This document shows positions 1-12,330 of a stretch of 64,000 nucleotides of DNA, one piece after another. This DNA is from Octopus vulgaris (Eukaryota), in contig OX597823.1 of NCBI GenBank assembly GCA_951406725.2, positions 1,984,001-2,048,000 on the forward strand, in the 5' to 3' direction. Under the pieces are notes generated by a model. It had not been told where the DNA came from, did not search any database, and saw nothing but the letters and a program-made list of their open reading frames with translations. Each line of letters begins with the position of its first letter. Position 1 is the stretch's first letter. Both the position numbers and the translations under genes were made by a program.

Positions 1-883
1 CTGCTATGAAAGATAATTATTTATTAATTATTATTGCTACAAATATGTTACTTCTATGAATCTCAGTGTGAGTAAGACTTCAACTAATTTCAAGTAAATT
101 TGAAAGACGTTATAAAGTTATTCCTAGATATTTATTCAAGGGAAGTAACTTTAACGCAAGTTCCCTCCCCTTACAATCAGGGCTTTCTTGAAGTATTTAA
201 CTTGAGATGCTGCGAAATCGGGTCCAAGGAACCTCTTGAAGTAGCTTTTAGAAAGCTTTACTTGGCTTTTCTATGTAAGTTACTCAGAGGAAAACGATAG
301 CATCATGGTATTTGTGCGTACCTGTAAAATCGCCGAGAAAACTGATTAACGAGACGAGCTTGTAGTTTTTAGTAAGTCCGAATTACACAAATGCATTCCC
401 TGGTCACTTTTGCTGTCGTCAATACGGTGAACTAGTGATTAATCGCTTGCAACTAAAGTTCGTGCGTGGTGTGGGTTATAGGTAGAGAGGATATGTAGAG
501 AACAAAGGCCATTCTAGTCGTTCGCCGTTGGAGAGTGTTGCTATTTAGATGTCTGTAGACGAAAACGGCTGAATCACGAACTGTTGTTGCTTGGATGTTG
601 TTTGTGTTCGTAGGTTTAACACTGAATCGGGTATGTGAGCAGTGGCTTTTCAGATGATGTAGTTTACAGAACAACTCTTACTTTTCTGATAGTTACCTTG
701 AGGTGTTAAAACCCCCTCATTACAAACCGTCCAGTTTATAACGAGACAGACAGAAGTTCTTTGTCCGAACTGTGGTCGTACACCTCTTAGTGATAAAACA
801 ATTTGGGAGTAGAGGAATTATGAGTTTTGTGTGAGAGTTATATTACCTAACAGAATGGGTTGGATCACTGGCATGGCTATTTA

Positions 884-1412
884 CAGGGGCTGGCGAACCA
901 GGATTCATTACCCTAAGAGAGGCAAAAATGAAATTCATGTGGGTAATGACTCATTAGATATATTAAAAAAAACCTGTTCCTTGTTACGACAGAAATCTTT
1001 CTCCTGGCATGAGGAGGCAGTCAAAAGGTTGTTGCCTTTTGCAACAACCTACCTCTACAAACAAGGATTTCTCACTCCAATGAACATAAAAACAAAGCAG
1101 AGTAATCGATTGGACCTCGAAGAATGCATTCAAATTGCTCTGGCATCAAAATGCCCCATCATTTCTCCAAAACCTGAAGTGAAAAAGTTTCTAGAAAAAT
1201 CCTTTTGTTACATAATGAGGATATTAATTTATTTTATCGCATTTGTTTTATACTTTTTTATATTTATAATTGTATTCTCAATATAAGTAGGTTTAATAAA
1301 TTTTTTGAATTCGAAGAATCTACGATTTTCTTCCTTTCAAATCAAGAAGGTAACGTCGGCGTAAATAAATATACTTTGGGGGAATTGGTTAAAAAAAGTT
1401 ACCCGACTACTG
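884..1412 (+). mobile_element. hAT (Charlie/Buster-like) internally deleted DNA transposon remnant
   Basis: EAVKRLLPFATTYLYKQGF...IKTKQSNRLDLEECIQIAL matches the hAT C-terminal dimerisation motif; degenerate CAG...CTG termini. Confidence 0.75.
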
Positions 1413-1868
1413 ATCTAAGACGAATCGCCAGTGTAGATTTGGTGGAAAAGGGCGATAGGGCGGCATTTTTATGGGGAGTGACAGACCCAAGGTCTGCTTC
1501 GAGCGGCACAAACTCTAGCTGCGTCACTGGGTGCTCCTCCAAATGTGGAAGATGAATCGTGGGTCCAATACGGTGAGGAATTGTGAGGTACTTGCTTTGA
1601 TTAGGCAATGCTGGACGAGTGAACACAAGGTCATAGGTTGAAGAAAGACGTAGGTGCTGGGCCATTTAAAACAAGGTCAAAGGTTCAAATCTTACTCCAG
1701 TCACTATGCTGTGTCAACGAACGAAGTATAAAACTCTGCTTCCGTTTATAAAGAACAGACATCAAGGAAACGAGTGGTTATTCTACGTTAGAAAAAGTGA
1801 TGGAGGTTGAAGATTCTGACTTCTTCCTTTGGTATTGACTGTTTCCAAATTTGTGAACTTAGCTTCAG

Positions 1869-2054
1869 TTTGTAGTAAAGGTTGTTTGCCAACATAAGAT
1901 GGCAGTCCCGGTTTAGGACTAATGTTGCTGTAATTTAGCCCCAGGATACATCGTTTCCAGCTGGCTACACGACATCGTCTCCAGATAAATTACAGCAACA
2001 TTCGTCCTAAACCAGGACTGCCATCTTATGTTGGCAAACAACCTTTACTACAAA
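1869..2054. repeat. 69-bp-arm inverted repeat inside a 15-bp direct-repeat-flanked segment
   Basis: 1869..1937 is the reverse complement of 1986..2054 with 2 mismatches; CTTAGCTTCAGTTTG at 1858..1872 and 2104..2118. Confidence 0.85.
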
Positions 2055-2952
2055 GTACTGTTGCTGAATATCTCGTGTTGTGAGATTTAAAAATAGTAAT
2101 TTTCTTAGCTTCAGTTTGCCTGAGTGGTTGGCGCAAGAACAGAAATCCTCCTATAAAAACATTTGCTGCAATAAATAATCCGCCCCACTTCTGTAAGCAG
2201 GGAAAAACCAGATCTGACTATAAAAGATTGGAAGGAAAATTAAGGGGAAATAAACGGGGCCTTCCGTGGATAGAGATATAAGACAAAGTAGGACCCCTAG
2301 TTAGGGATCTTGACTTATTGATTCTCTTTCTGGGCGGGGAGGGGAATCGACATTACATTTGCAAGTAGTTCAGCTGGATGTCATTAAATTCGAGGGGACC
2401 TAAAAACAAATGAGTCAGCAATACGTTAAACGTTTGTAACGGCTGACGTCCACTGAAGAACCATGTCTGTTCGTCTCCTCTTACTGACATTAAACAAAGG
2501 AATGTGCAGAAGTGAAGTAGATCAAGATACAGGCTTATTTTCAGACACCCGATTAGAATATTTGCAGCAGAATAATCTCCGCTAATGGCACCCAAAGATA
2601 AAAGGGTGGAGAAGGGGTGAAACGAGGCGACTTAGGGTTATATTTATCTCCAAAATGATACAAACTTTTTGTTCCTATATCTGATTAAAAATGAACTGAA
2701 TTAAAATCTGAGCACCCAATCCGTTTTAGTGACCATCAACACTAAATTGAAAAAAGTTCATTATTCTTTTAAACGGTTTGTGGAGATCAAACTTGACAAT
2801 TCCTCTTTTGGGGGAATTGGTTAAACCAATCTCGCTCGAGCCTGTGAGATTCTGGTGATAAATTGTGTATTTTGTTCAAAAATATCCAATCAAATTAATC
2901 ACACTTTTTAATTATGTAATCTACTGAGAGACCTTCGTAAGGGTTTCAGGCC

Positions 2953-4320
2953 GAGAGAACGCTTGAAACGGCGTTTACGTGTTTTTTGTAAAAAAAGGTT
3001 GGTGTAAAAATGGAAATTTGTGAAAATTGTTATTGTTGAATATTGCATGGCTGAACACTTGTTTTAGCTGTTTTACGGCTCAGTTGTTTTGCGCTGTTCC
3101 CCTTTTGTAGGGGGCTGCGTAGTTTTATGATGTACAACTGTGAGAGTATGATCGCGTCCGAGTATTCCTCCTCAGAAGAGGAACTCTTTAGCGCGTTGGA
3201 TGAATTTTACAAGGGCAGCTAAAAGCCACCAGAAAAATATTAACTTGAACCAGATTGGAAAGTTTAATGAACTATTGAAAAAAAGATGGAAACAATGTAA
3301 ATGTGTGCCCGGACCAAGATGTCATGTTAAAACAGAGGGAAAAATTGATCGTGTTTCGAATGTTCTCGGTCAAAAAATTGAAATTACGACGCAAAGTCAA
3401 ATTGAAAAGGGTTTAAGGCCATATGGGGCGAAATAATGCTCATCAATAAAGACAGGATGTACAGCACGGTGGAGGTGCAGTTCAGGGATACAGCAATCGC
3501 CAGGCCGCACTCTGTAACCCCGCTGAAAACGAAGAAGGTAGTACTCCTACCCACCTACCTGAGAAGACGTACTTCCAGGGTGAAGGTGGAGGACATACCC
3601 CCAGAGATAAATGCAGCCTGGTTGGTAGATGAGTTCCTGCTAGGCTTGTAGGAGAAAGTGGTGGTCCTCCAAACCACGTGCATGACCCATAACAACTGGC
3701 AGGAGCAAGAGCTGGAGTTATTTATTCAAGCAAATCCAGAAGAGACATTGAAAATATAATTGAAACCATCACTGTGGAAGATGTAGTACTGAGGGTTAAA
3801 GTGGAGGGCAGAATCCCTAAGTGTTATCAATGTGGCCCAAAGAGTCACATTAGGGTTGACTGCCCCTCACCACCCGCTGACACCAAAGACAAGAAGGATA
3901 CCGCACCTCCGCCTCCACCAGAAACCAACACGGAGACAACACCAAAGGACGTAAGAGAAGAAGAAGGATGGGAAAAGATGGAAAAAAGGAGAAAAAAGGA
4001 AGACACAAACTGGCAGTGATGAGTCCTACCTCACGCCCACCCAGCTCCCACCCAAGCTCACTTTGTCACACCTTCCCCTGCAATCACCGGTCCTCTCCTA
4101 CCCCGGCAGACATGGAAAAAACTTGCGTGTACTCACAGGTGTCCCAAAACTCCCCGTAAAATAAAAAAAAAGAAAAGAAAAAATAAGAATATTATTAATT
4201 TGTTACGAACTAACAAATGAAAAACTGTTAACGGAAATCAAGAGCTGGGAAAGCAGAACATTGGTAAATGTTTGGAATGAAATCGCCACACATTTGGCAT
4301 GTGTAATAATAATAATAATG

Positions 4321-4351
<31 letters not shown>

Positions 4352-4703
4352 AATTATTGTATGCAGTGCTCGGGTGCACCACAAGCAATAATCGAGGCAA
4401 ATGTTAAGAAGAAATTGGAGAAGTACGAAGACAAGGTGAAATACGTTGAAATAAAAATAGAGAAAAGAGAAACTGCTTTTATGATTAGCGCAGCAAATTT
4501 GAATAAAAACTTTAATATTAATGTTTCTGAATACTTTAAAGAAATAATCAAAAGTGAAACGATGGCGCTGGGATGCGCGGTGGAGCGTCATCGTTACATC
4601 TTTCATTTTTCTATTTCACACTTTCATCCGTTTTTCTCCTACCCACACGTTTGTCTTGTCTTGTCCCTTCTGTATTTGACCCCTTACGGGTAAAAAAGGA
4701 ATA
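2953..4703 (+). mobile_element. Non-autonomous Tx1/L1-like retroelement with broken gag-like ORF1 (CCHC knuckle), no RT
   Basis: CYQCGPKSHIRVDC zinc knuckle (about 3820..3862) in frameshifted ORF1-like sequence; 16-bp TSD GTAAGGGTTTCAGGCC (2937..2952) / GTAAAGGTTTCAGACC (4704..4719). Confidence 0.7.
4304..4385 (-). mobile_element. Extremely 5'-truncated CR1 LINE 3' end with (ATT)n tail
   Basis: GAAATTATTGTATGCAGTGCTCGGGTGCACCACAA is nearly identical to the 3' end of the CR1 at 56436..56470. Confidence 0.75.
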
Positions 4704-5843
4704 GTAAAGGTTTCAGACCTTATGCATCTAGGATTGTATTATTTAATGTGCCCTTCATTTTTTTAACGATAGAGTACATAACTTAAGGGATTTAGCTACT
4801 GTTTCTAGTAAGTTAGGTGACAAATGACGTCGACATGCGAATTAATCATTTATATTTTTGGAATTTTTCCATCTAATTTCCAAAATCTTTCTGTTTCCTG
4901 ACTGAAAACATAATTTTTATGGTTAACAATATTTCTACTGTTATTTTCCCATACTTTCCAGGAATGCGACAATAGGTGAATGGCTTCTACCGCCTCTAAT
5001 TCGGCAGGTTTTCATAATTACAAAACATTTTTGTTAATAAAAACACACTCATTTCTAAAGTAGTTTTTAAAAAAGTACCTACAATCTGAGACATTTCATT
5101 AAAATTAGGAGGGACACATTTTTACTTTACACCGTCATACTTGATACCGTTTCTGGTCTTTGTTATAGAAAATAAAAATCGCTTTTATAAATTAAATAAA
5201 GTTTCCCACTGAGACTCCGTATCAACTCTGATCAATAGGCAATACAGCCGTGACCATCCCATCTTTTATATTTCAGACAGTTTGAATTATTAAACTGTTC
5301 TGTCAGCTGAAGGACCCAGTAACGTTGCTTTCATTGGGTGGGGAGCAGCTGTTTAGCCCCAGGCCACCCCTTAATGAAACAAGCTTATGATCAAAGGCGG
5401 TCCTGTCTAATTATCACGTCTAATACATAGAGGATCACGCTATCCAATATCTCATTCCCTTTTGTGACGAGGTAGGTTTGGTTGCTATTTCTAGCAAACC
5501 AAGCGATCACTCTTTGGTTCAGTTTTCCTTTCTCCCCAAATATATTTGTTGTTAAAAGAAAACCTTGTTTCAACCAGTGAGGTTTATTTATATTTAAATT
5601 CAAACTCAATCTGAAAATCGATCACGAATAAAATCAAAATTACAAGTAAATTATTACGTTTTTTGTTTGTTTTTGTAAAAGTAAATTCGATCAAGAAACA
5701 ATTGTTGGGTCGAAAAACGAAATGACGGATTTAAATAAAGGATTTGGCAAGTTTACCAAAAAGAAAACCCACAAAGAAGTTACCAAGTTATTAAAAGACT
5801 AAAATAATGCAAACAAAATTCCTTTTAAAATATACCGAATATA

Positions 5844-6126
5844 GGTACTACTTGAGAACAGTGGTCCCGGTGCGCGCACTCGCGTACTCGCGCATCCGCA
5901 CTAGCTAGTCATGACTAGTCGATCCTTACTTTATGTTTTTGTTATTTACTTTGTTTAAAAAATTATTTTGTGTTTTTGTGTTTTATTTATTTTGTTTAAA
6001 CAAAAATTATTTACTTTGTGTAAAGAAAATATTTATTTTGTGTTTTGGGTGGTCGTTGTAGGATCGACTAGTCACGACTAGCTAGCGCGAGTGCGCGCAC
6101 CGGGACCACTGTTCTCAAGTAATACC
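5844..6126. mobile_element. MITE with long TIRs and 9-bp TSD (Mutator-like)
   Basis: GGTACTACTTGAGAACAGTGGTCCCGGTGCGCGCACTCGCG... mirrors ...CGCGAGTGCGCGCACCGGGACCACTGTTCTCAAGTAATACC; flanked by CCGAATATA (5835..5843) and CCAAATATA (6127..6135). Confidence 0.85.
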
Positions 6127-6179
6127 CCAAATATATATAGAAGTGATTAAGATACTGAAATAATGCCAAATAAATTTAA

Positions 6180-6328
6180 ACTCTCGAAATCGGCGACGAA
6201 AGAAGCGAGATGGAGTTTGAAGAAGGGAGACCAGCTGAAAGCGTGGGACTCGGGTTTCCCGCGCCGAGAGAAAGCCGGTGATGTCACGTGACCAGCTTTC
6301 GTTTTCATTTGTTGTTGTTGTTGTCAAG
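6180..6328 (+). promoter_or_regulatory. CpG-rich EED proximal promoter/5'UTR with E2F-like, E-box and CHR-like motifs
   Basis: TTTGAA 6216..6221, TTTCCCGCGC 6255..6264, palindrome GTCACGTGAC 6283..6292; local CpG enrichment just 5' of the ATG. Confidence 0.55.
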
Positions 6329-6415
6329 ATGTCGGACAGCGAAGGAAGCAGCACTTTGTCCGGCTCGAAACGGCCCAGGCACTCTTTGTCTCAGGATGGA
6401 TCTGGCGATGACAAT
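6329..6415 (+). CDS. EED: EED coding exon 1 ([29 protein letters not shown])
   Basis: ATG in GTCAAGATGT context; donor GTAGGT at 6416; phase 0 joins exon 2 to give GDDNDD, resembling vertebrate GDENDD. Confidence 0.8.
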
Positions 6416-6571
6416 GTAGGTAGAAATGTAGTGAAAGAAAAGCACGACTCGTTATTTGCGTATTTCTTCATTTCCCAACGAGATTCTCTCTCAAACTTTC
6501 TCCTTCTTTACACATTCACGCCTCAACTGTATATATATATAATAAGCACCCCCCCCCCCGAATATATACAC

Positions 6572-6604
<33 letters not shown>

Positions 6605-6621
6605 CATATATATACATATAT

Positions 6622-6666
<45 letters not shown>

Positions 6667-6703
6667 TATATATATACACATATATACACATATATATATA
6701 TAT

Positions 6704-6734
<31 letters not shown>

Positions 6735-6751
6735 CACACACATATATATAT

Positions 6752-6814
<63 letters not shown>

Positions 6815-6823
6815 CACACACAC

Positions 6824-6858
<35 letters not shown>

Positions 6859-6869
6859 TATATATATAT

Positions 6870-6902
<33 letters not shown>

Positions 6903-7051
6903 ACATAAAAGTAAATAAATGGCACAACGAAGTACCGATATTTACTGGAAAATAGCGAACGTAATATACACACACACAAATATATATATATATATATATA
7001 TATAATTTCATCTAGTTTCAGTTCAAGACCTGTGGCCATGCTGGGGCACCA

Positions 7052-7095
<44 letters not shown>

Positions 7096-8624
7096 GTACA
7101 TTTTTACATCTGTGTGCTCACACACACACACCTCATCGCGTGGTTTGTTTTTCTTTTATTAAGTTTGTTTCTTTATTTAATCTTAATTATTCTTTTATTA
7201 ATTTTCCGTTTTAAATATCTTCTCTGACATTAAGAATTACGAAAGATTATCTTTAATCTCTAATGAGTCTCCGTAAAATGCTGGAGGCCAACTAAACGAT
7301 GCGGTTTCAAATCCTGGCCTTGTTCGTGTTTTTGGGATCATTCCAACATTTGTCGTCTTCAATGTGAATTTTTATGTTTAAACTGTTATTCATTAATAAG
7401 GTCGACTTTACCTCTCATCCTTTCCGGGTCGGTGAGATAAGGTCCAGTTGAGCACTGAGGTCGACATAATCGACTGACCCCCTCCTCCAGAATTCCAGAC
7501 CTTGGGCGTAGAGTGGAAAAATCGGATCTTGTGAATTTTCCGAAAATCCCCCACCCCAGGGCGTCAGCGCGCATTTTTGTTTATTTTTGCATATTCGTTT
7601 TCTACATGTTAACACCCACCAGACTGGTTTATTATTATTACTTCTTTTTTGTTCCCGGACAAAGATCTTTATATTGACCAATTATGCAGTCACTAAATCT
7701 GCTATAAATATTCCTTTCTACTCTAGGCACAAGGCCCGAAATTTTGTGGGCGGGGGCCAGTCGATTAGATCGACTCCAGTACGCAACTGGTACTTAATTC
7801 ATCGATCCCGAAAAGATGAAAGGCAAAGTCGACCTCTGTGGAATTTAAACTCAGAACGTAAAGACAGACGAAATACCTATTTCTTTACTACCCACAAGGG
7901 GCTAAACACAGAGGGGACAAACAAGGACAGACATAGGTATTAAGTCGATTACATCGACCCCAGTGTGTAACTGGTACTTAATTTATCGACCCCGAAAGGA
8001 TGAAAGGCAACGTCGACCTCGGCGGAATTTGAACTCACAACGTAACGGCAGACGAAATACCACAAAGCATTTCGCCCGGCGTGCTACTCAATCTGCTGTA
8101 AATAGCAACCAACTCTCCCTTAAATCGCAAAGGACACATTAGATAATGTTCCTGCACACCGTCGTGACTGACCTCAGAATTATTTGATACAAAGGCAAGG
8201 TGCTTAGTCTAGGACAAACGGGTCTATGGAGGTTTCGACCTCTAGTCGGAACCTTTATGCTTCATTTATGTCTGTTTCCATTGCATCAAAACATCTTCAT
8301 TTTTATTTTCACCCAAAATATCTGAGGTTCCACAAGTATTTATAAAGCAAGAATAAGTTTTGTCCGAGTTGTATTAAAATGTTTAATATGTCTCGCATTA
8401 AGCTGAAGAAATTATTACCAAATATTTTGGATCCATTGGAAACCTTGTTCAATCCCCGCTAGTCTTAGCTTCACAAAACCAAACCTTTTCATTGTCTTAG
8501 AATATTGGTTTTTGTTTTTCGGGAAGGCATTTAACCAAAATTCTTCATAGTTTCAAGATCTCTTGACGTTGCCACTAATTATCTCCCTTCTTTCCTAACT
8601 TTCTGTCAGTTTTTTTTTTCAGTA

Positions 8625-8677
<53 letters not shown>

Positions 8678-11600
8678 GGATGAGAAAGCACTTCAGGCTA
8701 ACTTCCACTACTAGCAGTAGAAGTCCATGCTTGCATAGGTTGGGGTGAGTCGCCTTCAGCAGTAGCGTCTGGCCACTTGTTGCAGTCCCTTCAGCTTCCT
8801 GAGATAAAACTTCAACCACTTCTTCCAATGTCTCTCTTTTGCTTTTCCTCTTCGACTGTTCCTTATTATTTCGATTGATGCTTCATGTCCCCCCCCCCTT
8901 ACACTTCAAATATTCAGACCAAAGCATTTTTCTTACTAATAAACTTCACATCTGATTCGACCCAATTTTTGTCTGTGCTTCTTCTACCATTCATGTACTC
9001 TAACCTTTTACATGCTTGCCTCCTTCTTGTCGTCCATTTTCACATCTTCCATAATCCCCATATTCTAATGCCATACACCCCTAATACAGCCTATTCTACA
9101 GTTGGAGAAAATAATTCCTTTGTTGTGAAAAGAATAATTCTCTGAAAGATTTCCACACTTTGCTTACTCTATCATGTCTTTGCAACTCTCTGCCATTGCT
9201 TGTTTTGGAACCGAGGTGCTGGAAGTTAACAACTCATACAGTACCCTCACAGAATTTGAAATGCTGGTGTTATTTAAAAAGCACCCATGCTAGTTCCTCC
9301 TACAAAATTCTTGTACTGGTTCCAAGTCTAAAGCACTTGTACTGGTGCTGTGTAAATAGCACCCAGCACACTCTGTGAAGTGGTTGGTGTTAGGAAGGGT
9401 ATCCAGCCATAGAAGCCATGCCAAAACACACAACTGGGGCCTGGTGCAGCTCTCCAGCCATGTTTGCTCCTGTCAAACCATCCAGTCAGTGCCAGCATGG
9501 AAAATGGACATGGAATCATGATGGTGATTTTACTGCTAATTATTCTTGTATCATCATCATTTAGCATCCGTTGTCCATCCTGGCATGGGTTGGATGATTT
9601 GACCAGGGCTGGCAAGCTGGAGGGCTGCTCCAGACTCCAGTCTGATTTGGCATGGTTTCATCAGCACAGGTGCCCTTCATAACGCCAACCACTCCGAGAG
9701 TGTAATGGGGTCTTTTATGTGTCACCGGCACAGGTGCCATTTCCGTGACACTAATATCTGCCACAATTACAATTTCGCTCAGCTTGATGGGTCTTCTTAA
9801 GCATGACATAATGCCAAACGTATCAGTCATTGCCTCATCCTCCTCAAATCATTCCTTACTGTCTTGGAAGTTGGTTCCAAAGACAAATATACCCATATAT
9901 GGTACATTATTACGAACATTGACATGTTCATAATAACCTTATTGTTTTTTTTTATGGATCCAGTTTTGGATATCTGGAAAATCTTCTGTTTGTTGCAGAC
10001 TAAAAGATCTGAGCGTAAATACTTTGACCATCTGCTGTCATCATGTAACAGGTTTTTTAATCATTTGTTGGTTAAATTGTTCATTAAACAACATTGTCTT
10101 ATTTCTGATAAAACCTGGCATGTTTGTCTAAACAACTTGTCAAAGACTTCTGTTGGAAATGGGTCTCAGTTCATTGAAGAATGGTACCTATGAGGGACCA
10201 GTGCCCTAGTCAGGAGTCATTCACCTCTCATCTGCTTAAAACCAGACCTAAGTCATCAAAGGTGTCATCGTGTGTTGAATATTTCGACTGCATTCATGAC
10301 ACAAACAGCAAAAGACTTCCAGATGAAGCGGGAGTTTTCTCCCACTGGATGAAACTACAGCTTTGCTTCATCTCGACTCTCTCATAATGTTTTCTTGACA
10401 GAGATACTGGGTTGGTATGTCATTGCCTTCCCCAATTCAAGGGCCATCGGTTTACAATGAGTTCATCTGGATAGTTTAATCCTGTTGGGTGTCCAGACCC
10501 CCCACCCCTCGCAACTATAGCGAGCCACTCAAGTAGGGGAGCCAGTTTAATTGCTGACCACCTGACTATGAAACAGGTAGAACTGGTCCACGTGGTACCA
10601 GTAACAAGTCTCATCAGCCTGTGATGAGATTCCTGATCTAAGTTTTAGAGTTAAGTACTGGTCCTTAAAAGTTCCTTGAATTGCAGACGACATTTACATA
10701 TACTGTAAGCAGTCGGAGCACTGTGTAACTGTTGTGTGTTTCATTGCTGTGCTGAGTTTTATACCTTGTAAGTGTTGTCTGGAGAGAGATGGTCTCCCCA
10801 CAGTCTAGAGAAGCACTGTATGGAGACAGTGTTGGTGGCGGAGGTGTTATTTGAAGATCAGGCTTTTTAACCCTGTGAATGCCACACCATATTCTTGTTT
10901 CCTTTTCATTAATTTTACCAAACGAAGTATTATTTATTCTTCGTTTTCTTTTCTTTTTCTGTTGACAGGATGACATGTCGAGTACAACCAGTGCCACAAT
11001 AGATGACACAATTCCAAGTGAGACTCCACCACAGAACAATACTCGCCGCTATGGACGAGGAAAGAATCGGTTTCGAAAATCCAAACTTCAGTATAAGCTT
11101 GTAAATTATTTAAAAGTAAGTGAAGAATTTTTTTTTAGCATTTTTATTGATTAATGCAATATCAAAATTGTTCTTGATTGATTGATTGATCATTGTCCTC
11201 ATTGAATGCCCCTCCTCCATGCTGGCATAAGTTGGATGGTTTGACAGCAGCTGGCAAGCCAGAGCATTGCACCACACTCCAATTGTCTCTTTTGGCATGG
11301 TATCTAGGCTGGATGGCCTTCTTAATGCCAACCACTTTACAGAGTGTATTCAGTGCCGTTTTACATGGCACCAGAATTTCAATAATTACTTATTGTTGGG
11401 AAAGAAAAAACCAAACTACTCTTGTCTCTGTTATTTGGTCATTAATTGGTTACCAGAATGAAGGCGTGGCATTAATTGACTTCTGCTTGTTAATAAGTAG
11501 ACTAAAAGAACCTGATGTGTTTGATAATTAGGCTGTGGGTCACATTTTAGTGCTTGCCACAAAAAAAGTTAACAACAAAGTCTCTTGTTGGATAGGAAGT

Positions 11601-12277
11601 TTGGGACAAATTGGCCAAAAGTTGGAATTCAACTTGGGGCTGGAACAGTAGAATGATTGCATTACAGAATTAATTCTAATCCATCCTTAGCCTCTGATCA
11701 AACACCACTGGGGCACAGAGTCATTGTAGACGTATTATAATCATGCTATTTAGCTCTCTTAAAAACTCTGAAACACAATATTATGTTGGAAGCAACATGT
11801 TGAGGCTTTGAGAGCCATCTGTAACTCAGGAGCCACAGTTTGGCCTTTGTTGCAGTATGATATTAAGATAGTAAATATTTTACAGTTTAATCTCATTAGA
11901 AAAATACTCATTTGGTTTCCTTTCAATGAAAGGATGTTCACTAATTTAATGTTGTACTACAGTGTTGGCCAAACTGTGGCTCTGAAGAAGGAAACTTATA
12001 CTACGTAGCTCCATTTCTCCATTCATCCATCTATTTTATGTGCTTTCCCCAATAAACTTGCATTCATGTTTGAAGCCATTGGGTGATACATAAACATTCA
12101 ACTTTAAATGCACTGCGCCTTATAGCAGAAACGACTGTAAGCTAATGCAGTTTGTGACATAATTTCTTCTTACCACTCTGCTTGATTGATGCTTTGTTCT
12201 AAAGCGTTTGTCTATTGAATTCTAATGCCAGGTTATTAGCATTGCCATACCTAAGCGAAATATCCATCCATCTCTCT

Positions 12278-12330
<53 letters not shown>

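Noticed and set aside
6278-6955. 225-aa ORF taken as one protein
   Set aside because: Only 6329..6415 is EED exon 1; the rest reads through intron microsatellite.
10310-10370. Hammerhead-like CAGATGA-hairpin-GAAAC
   Set aside because: Core mismatch, extra bases before GAAA and no UH cleavage site with stem III.
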